This document shows positions 59,281 to 64,000 of a stretch of 64,000 bases of DNA, one piece after another. Source of the DNA: a virus. Under the pieces are notes generated by a model. The model was given only the letters and a program-made list of their open reading frames with translations. It made no database searches and was not told the origin of the DNA. The stretch lies in IMG/VR virus record IMGVR_UViG_3300030419_004676, positions 8,449 through 72,448 of that record. One strand, written 5' to 3'. The translations under genes were made by a program, and so were the position numbers. Positions within the stretch are counted from its first letter, which is position 1. Each line of letters begins with the position of its first letter.

Positions 59281-60936
59281 ATGAGTGACAATTTTAAATC
59301 AGTAGAGTCTTTAATGGATGGATATAATCCACAAAGACAACTATTGGAACAAACTCGTAAATTAGTCAAGAAATGGGAACCTACAGGTCTTTTAGAAGGC
59401 CTTGAACAAGACCACAAAGTTAACGGAATGGCCGTTCTTCTTGAAAACCAAGCTCGTCAATTAATTGATGAAGCTTCAAGAACTGGAACTTCTGCAAACT
59501 CTGAAGAATGGTCAGGTGTTGCTCTACCATTGGTTCGTAGAATCTTTGGTGAGTTAGCAGCTCAAGAGTTCGTAAGTGTTCAACCTATGAACTTACCATC
59601 AGGTCTTATTTTCTATCTTGACTTTAAATATGGTACTGCCCAAACTGATGCACACACAGAAAATTCAGATGTGTTTGGAAACACTTCTGGTTCTGGTGAT
59701 GCAAGTGGCGGTCTATATGGTGCAGGTAAATTTGGATATTCGGTTAACGATTCCAATACAGCTGCATTAGCAGGACACGCAAGTACTGCAAACTCAACTC
59801 AGTTTATTAGTTCATCAGTAAGTTGGTCAGATGTTAATTTTGAACCAGACCTAAGTTCTTCAGTATCAACAGGTGTTGCTGCTGATAATGGTCTTGTTAA
59901 AATTACTACATCTGTAGATTCTTACTCAACTCCAGACTACGATGGTGTTAGAGCTTTCTCTATATCAGGTAGTGGATATGATGAATTTTTCCCAGCATAC
60001 ACTTCATATGATTCAACGAATTCTCAGATTTCGTTTATCGTAAGAAAAGATATCGCTGGTGCTCCAACAACTGCAGTTGTTTCTTACCACAAAGTTGCTT
60101 CTACTAATTACAATAGAACAGACTTTGAGGCATCAAGAGCTAATATTGACGCAAACCCTGAAACTGATATTGATATACCAGAATTAGACATTGCGTTAAA
60201 GAGCATACCAATCATCGCGAAAACTCGTAAGTTAAAAGCTGTCTGGACTCCAGAACTTGCTCAAGACTTAAATGCATACCATTCAGTTGATGCAGAAGCT
60301 GAGTTAACTGCACTATTAAGTGAATATATTTCAATGGAAATTGACTTAGAAATACTTGATATGTTGTTTGCAAACGCATCTGCTAAGACAGAAAGATGGT
60401 CAGCAAGAGTTGGATACGAATATGATTCTTCTACTTCATTGTTCGCACAATCAAGTGGTGAGTCAAATGCATACACTAAAGGTGCTTGGTTCCAAACACT
60501 TGGAAACAAGATACAAGCTGTATCTAACGCAATCCATCAAAAAACTCTAAGAGGTGGTGCTAATTTCATCGTGGTTTCACCTGAAACAGCAACTATCATA
60601 GAGTCTATTCCTGGATACGCTTCAGACGCAGATGGTGATGCATCAACTAACAAATTCGCAATGGGTGTTCAAAAAGTAGGTGCATTGAATAACAGATATA
60701 CCGTTTATAAGAACCCTTACATGATTGAAAACCAAATCTTGGTTGGATTCCGTGGAAGTAACTTCTTAGAAACAGGTGCTGTATATGCTCCATATGTACC
60801 ACTTATCATGACACCATTGGTATACGACCCTAAAAACTTCACTCCAAGAAAAGGTGTGATGACCAGATACGCTAAGAAGATTGTTCGTAGCGAATTCTAT
60901 GGTAAAGTCGTAGTTGCTGATGTTAACTATGTGTAA
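59281..60936 (+). CDS. Major capsid protein (T4 gp23-like)
   Basis: LLENQ, PLVRR, VQPMNLPSGLIFYL, AKTRKLKAVWTPELAQDL, YAPYVPL, TPRKGVMTRY. Confidence 0.97.
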   Translation: MSDNFKSVESLMDGYNPQRQLLEQTRKLVKKWEPTGLLEGLEQDHKVNGMAVLLENQARQLIDEASRTGTSANSEEWSGVALPLVRRIFGELAAQEFVSVQPMNLPSGLIFYLDFKYGTAQTDAHTENSDVFGNTSGSGDASGGLYGAGKFGYSVNDSNTAALAGHASTANSTQFISSSVSWSDVNFEPDLSSSVSTGVAADNGLVKITTSVDSYSTPDYDGVRAFSISGSGYDEFFPAYTSYDSTNSQISFIVRKDIAGAPTTAVVSYHKVASTNYNRTDFEASRANIDANPETDIDIPELDIALKSIPIIAKTRKLKAVWTPELAQDLNAYHSVDAEAELTALLSEYISMEIDLEILDMLFANASAKTERWSARVGYEYDSSTSLFAQSSGESNAYTKGAWFQTLGNKIQAVSNAIHQKTLRGGANFIVVSPETATIIESIPGYASDADGDASTNKFAMGVQKVGALNNRYTVYKNPYMIENQILVGFRGSNFLETGAVYAPYVPLIMTPLVYDPKNFTPRKGVMTRYAKKIVRSEFYGKVVVADVNYV

Positions 60937-60974
60937 GTAGAAGTTAATTTTTAACTTTTATAGATCCTGAAAAA

Positions 60975-61002
60975 GGGTGGTGATTTTTCATCACCCTTTT
61001 TT
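60975..61002 (+). terminator. Intrinsic terminator after capsid gene
   Basis: GGGTGGTGA-TTTT-TCATCACCC followed by T6, preceded by A5. Confidence 0.9.
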
Positions 61003-61012
61003 GTTGCAATTG

Positions 61013-61021
61013 ATATTTATT
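61013..61021 (+). promoter_or_regulatory. ATATTTATW motif, putative late promoter
   Basis: ATATTTATT just after the terminator, 31 nt before ATG 61053. Confidence 0.6.
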
Positions 61022-61052
61022 AGTGTAATATTACATCTATAGGAGAATTTTA

Positions 61053-62207
61053 ATGGCTCAACAACCTATTTGGCCAGGTAGTGGTTCGGCAGTATCAAGT
61101 TCCACACCATTTGGTTTTTATGACAATGATTCAGAATTCCAAACAGAGGCACCACAATTTGCAAGTTGGTGTGCTAAACGATTGGGATATCCAATAACTG
61201 CAGTAGAATTGCAAGATACACAATTTTATGCCTGTCTTGAAGAGGCAGTCACAGAATATAGTTCACAAGTTAATCAATTTAACATTCGTGACAATTTATT
61301 ACACCTAAGAGGACAAGTAACAAGTTCAAACTTCACACATAAACGAGTAAAATCAACTTTAAGTGAAAATATCTTTATTTCAGAGGAATATGGACAAGAA
61401 GCAAATGTTGGTGGGACGGTAGAAGTAAAAAGAACTGCAGTTTCTATCAATTCGGGTAGTCAAGTGTATGATTTAAACGATGTTATTGGTGAGGCAAGTG
61501 AAAGTGGTGCATCAATTGAGGTTAAAAGAGTATTTTATGAATCATCACCTGCAGTTTCAAGATATTTTGACCCATATGCAATGACAGGATTCGGAACAAT
61601 GAATATGTTGGACGGATTTGGGTTTGGAAGTATGTCACCTGCAATTACATTCGTATTACAACCAATATATGCAGATTTATTGAGAATACAGGCCATTGAG
61701 TTTAACGACCAAATACGAAAATCAGGATATAGTTTTGAAATTCGTAATAATCAAATGAGAGTATTTCCACAACCAACCACAAGTGGTTCATTATGGGTGG
61801 AATATTCATTAACTTCAGAAAGAGATAACCCACTAAGAACAAGATATAGTGGTTCTGCGGATGTTGTATCTGATTACTCAAATGTTAGATATGATAACAT
61901 GGAATACAATAAAATCAATGATGTGGGTAAACAATGGATTAGAAAATATGGATATGCCTTATCAAAAGAATTATTAGGAATGATTCGTAGTAAATATGGA
62001 ACTATTCCTATTCCAAATTCTGAAGTTTCCTTAGATGGTGAGACATTAAGAGCAGAAGCAACATCTGAAAAAGAAGTTTTAATGGAACAATTAAGAGAAA
62101 CACTTGAACAAACAAGTCGTAAGGCATTGTTGGAAGCACAAAGAGATGAAAGTGATTTCCAACAAGAGACACTTAAAAAAGTCCCTTACCCTGTATATAT
62201 AGGATAA
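61053..62207 (+). CDS. Neck/head-tail adaptor protein (T4 gp13-like)
   Basis: RLGYP...VEL...Q...C.EEA; WIRKY..AL.KE.LG.IR.KY..IP.P...V.LDG. Confidence 0.8.
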   Translation: MAQQPIWPGSGSAVSSSTPFGFYDNDSEFQTEAPQFASWCAKRLGYPITAVELQDTQFYACLEEAVTEYSSQVNQFNIRDNLLHLRGQVTSSNFTHKRVKSTLSENIFISEEYGQEANVGGTVEVKRTAVSINSGSQVYDLNDVIGEASESGASIEVKRVFYESSPAVSRYFDPYAMTGFGTMNMLDGFGFGSMSPAITFVLQPIYADLLRIQAIEFNDQIRKSGYSFEIRNNQMRVFPQPTTSGSLWVEYSLTSERDNPLRTRYSGSADVVSDYSNVRYDNMEYNKINDVGKQWIRKYGYALSKELLGMIRSKYGTIPIPNSEVSLDGETLRAEATSEKEVLMEQLRETLEQTSRKALLEAQRDESDFQQETLKKVPYPVYIG

Positions 62208-62211
62208 CAAC

Positions 62212-62697
62212 ATGCCAAGTAGATATTATCCACAAAAAGATATGGATATAATTGATAGGTTTAATCGTGAACTTGTCGGTGACCCAAAAGCAGATAAATG
62301 TGGTATCATAGACCAAGTAGTTTATGTTTACAGAGTTTCTGCAGAAGATACATCAACAAATATGTATGGTGAGGCCTCAAGTGGTAAAGTTTATAGACCA
62401 GGTGTTAAATTAAATTGTATTATTGATGCAGAAGATTTAAATTTTGAAACAGATGACTTCGGTCCAGATAATAGACAAAATGCAACATTTGCATTTCAAA
62501 GAGATTACTTAGTTGAAGTTAAATTTAGACCAGACATTGGTGATATTATTAGTTGGAACGATGGATATTTTGAAATTAATAGTTTTAATGAGAATCAGTT
62601 AATAGGTGGTGATTATAATAGGAATTTCTCTATAGTTGCACAGGCACATTTAGTAAGATTACCAACCTTAAACATAGAAGAGTTTAGAAGTATATAA
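62212..62697 (+). CDS. Neck/head-closure protein (T4 gp14-like)
   Basis: MYGE...F...P.IGDII.W...YFEI; position after the gp13-like gene. Confidence 0.65.
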   Translation: MPSRYYPQKDMDIIDRFNRELVGDPKADKCGIIDQVVYVYRVSAEDTSTNMYGEASSGKVYRPGVKLNCIIDAEDLNFETDDFGPDNRQNATFAFQRDYLVEVKFRPDIGDIISWNDGYFEINSFNENQLIGGDYNRNFSIVAQAHLVRLPTLNIEEFRSI

Positions 62698-64000
62698 TGG
62701 CAAGACAAAAACCGATACCAAGAAGTCAGAGACTTAAAGTTAATAGAGGTGAACAAGTTAGTAGGTCATCACCTAATGCAAAAGATACCGTAAAAAATAT
62801 ATCAGTCGGTATTATGGATATGGATAGTGCTATTATGTACTATTTTAATGAAGTTATTCAACCATCCGTAAGTGAAAATAAAGAAATTGTCAAAGTTCCA
62901 TGTTTATATGCATCACCAGAAAGATGGGTAAGTATTCAGAAACAAGGGTTTTTACGAGACAAAAAAAGACAGACTATAGTTCCTTTAATTGTATTTAAAC
63001 GAACAGGTATAGAGAAAAATGAAAATATACCCGTTGATAAGTTAGATGCAAATAACCCAAATCATTTTTATACTTTTGAACAAAAATATTCACAACAACA
63101 AAGATATGATAGATTTTCTGTTCAACAAGGATTATTTCACAATAAAGAATTATACAATGTAGTGATACCAGACTATGTAACACTATCATACGAGTTCACT
63201 ATTTGGACAAGTTATATTGAACAAATGAACAAGATAGTTGAAAAAATTAATTATTCCGATGGTGCATATTGGGGTGAACCTGGTAAGATGAGATTCAGAA
63301 CTACTATTGAAAGTTTTTCAGATGCAACAGAAATAGATACTGAAAGACTAATTAAAACTACTTTTAGTGTTCAAATGTATGGATATATTATACCAGAGTC
63401 ATTCAACAAATATGTAACTACTAAAAAATACCTAACACCAAAACAAATCATATTAAAAGATGATGTAGATGTTCAGTTGGCAAGTTTAATTAAACCTGAA
63501 ACAGGTGTTCAAAGTATTACGGTATCACAAGCAAGTAAAGCCTCATCTACAAAAACAACACTAACAAATGCACTAACACTAACAGGTGGAACAGGTGTTT
63601 CAATGACAGGAGTTACTAACTTTACTGGTGAAACTGCAGCACTTGGAACTATTTCTATTGGTCAAGATGTTGGTACTACATCTAATGTTACATTTAATGA
63701 TGTTTCTGCATCAAGTGCAATCCATGTTGGTGATACATCATTCACCATATCACAAAGAGCAGATGGAACTGCACAAGTAGATAAAGATTGGCATGTTCTT
63801 GGTGATATAACTGCAGAAAGATTTATTGTATCATCTTCGGTCTCACATATAACATCATCTTTTAGTAGTGGTTCAACAATTTTTGGTGATACTCTTGATG
63901 ATTCACATATATTTACAGGTTCTTTGGATGTTACAGGTTCTCTTCATATAAATGGTGTTGAAGTTGGAAGTGGAGATTTTTCAGATGGAAGTGCTACTAC
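62697..64000 (+). CDS. Tail terminator/sheath stabiliser (T4 gp15-like) with fibre-like C-terminal extension; 3'-truncated and absent from the ORF track
   Basis: Hand translation MARQKPIPR...KVPCLYASPERW...PLIVFKR...PDYVTLSYEFTIWTSYIEQMNKIVEKI...GSTIFGDTLDDSHIFTGS; no stop seen in the segments I translated. Confidence 0.7.
   Translation, partial: MARQKPIPRSQRLKVNRGEQVSRSSPNAKDTVKNISVGIMDMDSAIMYYFNEVIQPSVSENKEIVKVPCLYASPERWVSIQKQGFLRDKKRQTIVPLIVFKRTGIEKNENIPVDKLDANNPNHFYTFEQKYSQQQRYDRFSVQQGLFHNKELYNVVIPDYVTLSYEFTIWTSYIEQMNKIVEKINYSDGAYWGEPGKMRFRTTIESFSDATEIDTERLIKTTFSVQMYGYIIPESFNKYVTTKKYLTPKQIILKDDVDVQLASLIKPETGVQSITVSQASKASSTKTTLTNALTLTGGTGVSMTGVTNFTGETAALGTISIGQDVGTTSNVTFNDVSASSAIHVGDTSFTISQRADGTAQVDKDWHVLGDITAERFIVSSSVSHITSSFSSGSTIFGDTLDDSHIFTGSLDVTGSLHINGVEVGSGDFSDGSAT

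Noticed and set aside
1-64000. Alternative genetic code (stop recoding) as in some large phages
   Set aside because: Conserved genes are full length in code 11, and TAA, TAG and TGA all end genes at tight junctions.

Overview
AT-rich (~30% GC by eye) segment of a large T4-like (myovirus-type) dsDNA phage, with all credible genes on the + strand in the standard code. Order: (1) Gly-rich tail-fibre genes, an S74-chaperone fibre and two fibre-tip-like proteins with C-terminal Hint domains (1-5.7 kb). (2) A ~33 kb glycan synthesis/modification island: glycosyltransferases including three GT7-LamG chimeras and five GT10-like paralogues, NDP-sugar enzymes, split TPP enzyme, carbamoyl-, sulfo- and methyltransferases, SGNH proteins, a PhyH dioxygenase and three radical SAM enzymes (3.2-36.3 kb). 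(3) Kinase, GH108 lysin, ferredoxin and a 1590-aa CCA-adding/nucleotidyltransferase/ligase-like polyprotein (36-44 kb). (4) Head module: TerL, portal, prohead protease, many small 'MIKLKD..E' proteins, bS21, scaffold, major capsid, neck proteins and a gp15-like gene running off the end. Best leads: a putative capsid-targeting signal plus protease-cleavable polyproteins that may deliver an RNA/tRNA repair kit; a riboswitch-like leader ahead of the NDP-sugar genes; self-processing Hint fibre proteins; and an ATATTTATW promoter motif. All calls come from reading motifs by eye; no searches were run.
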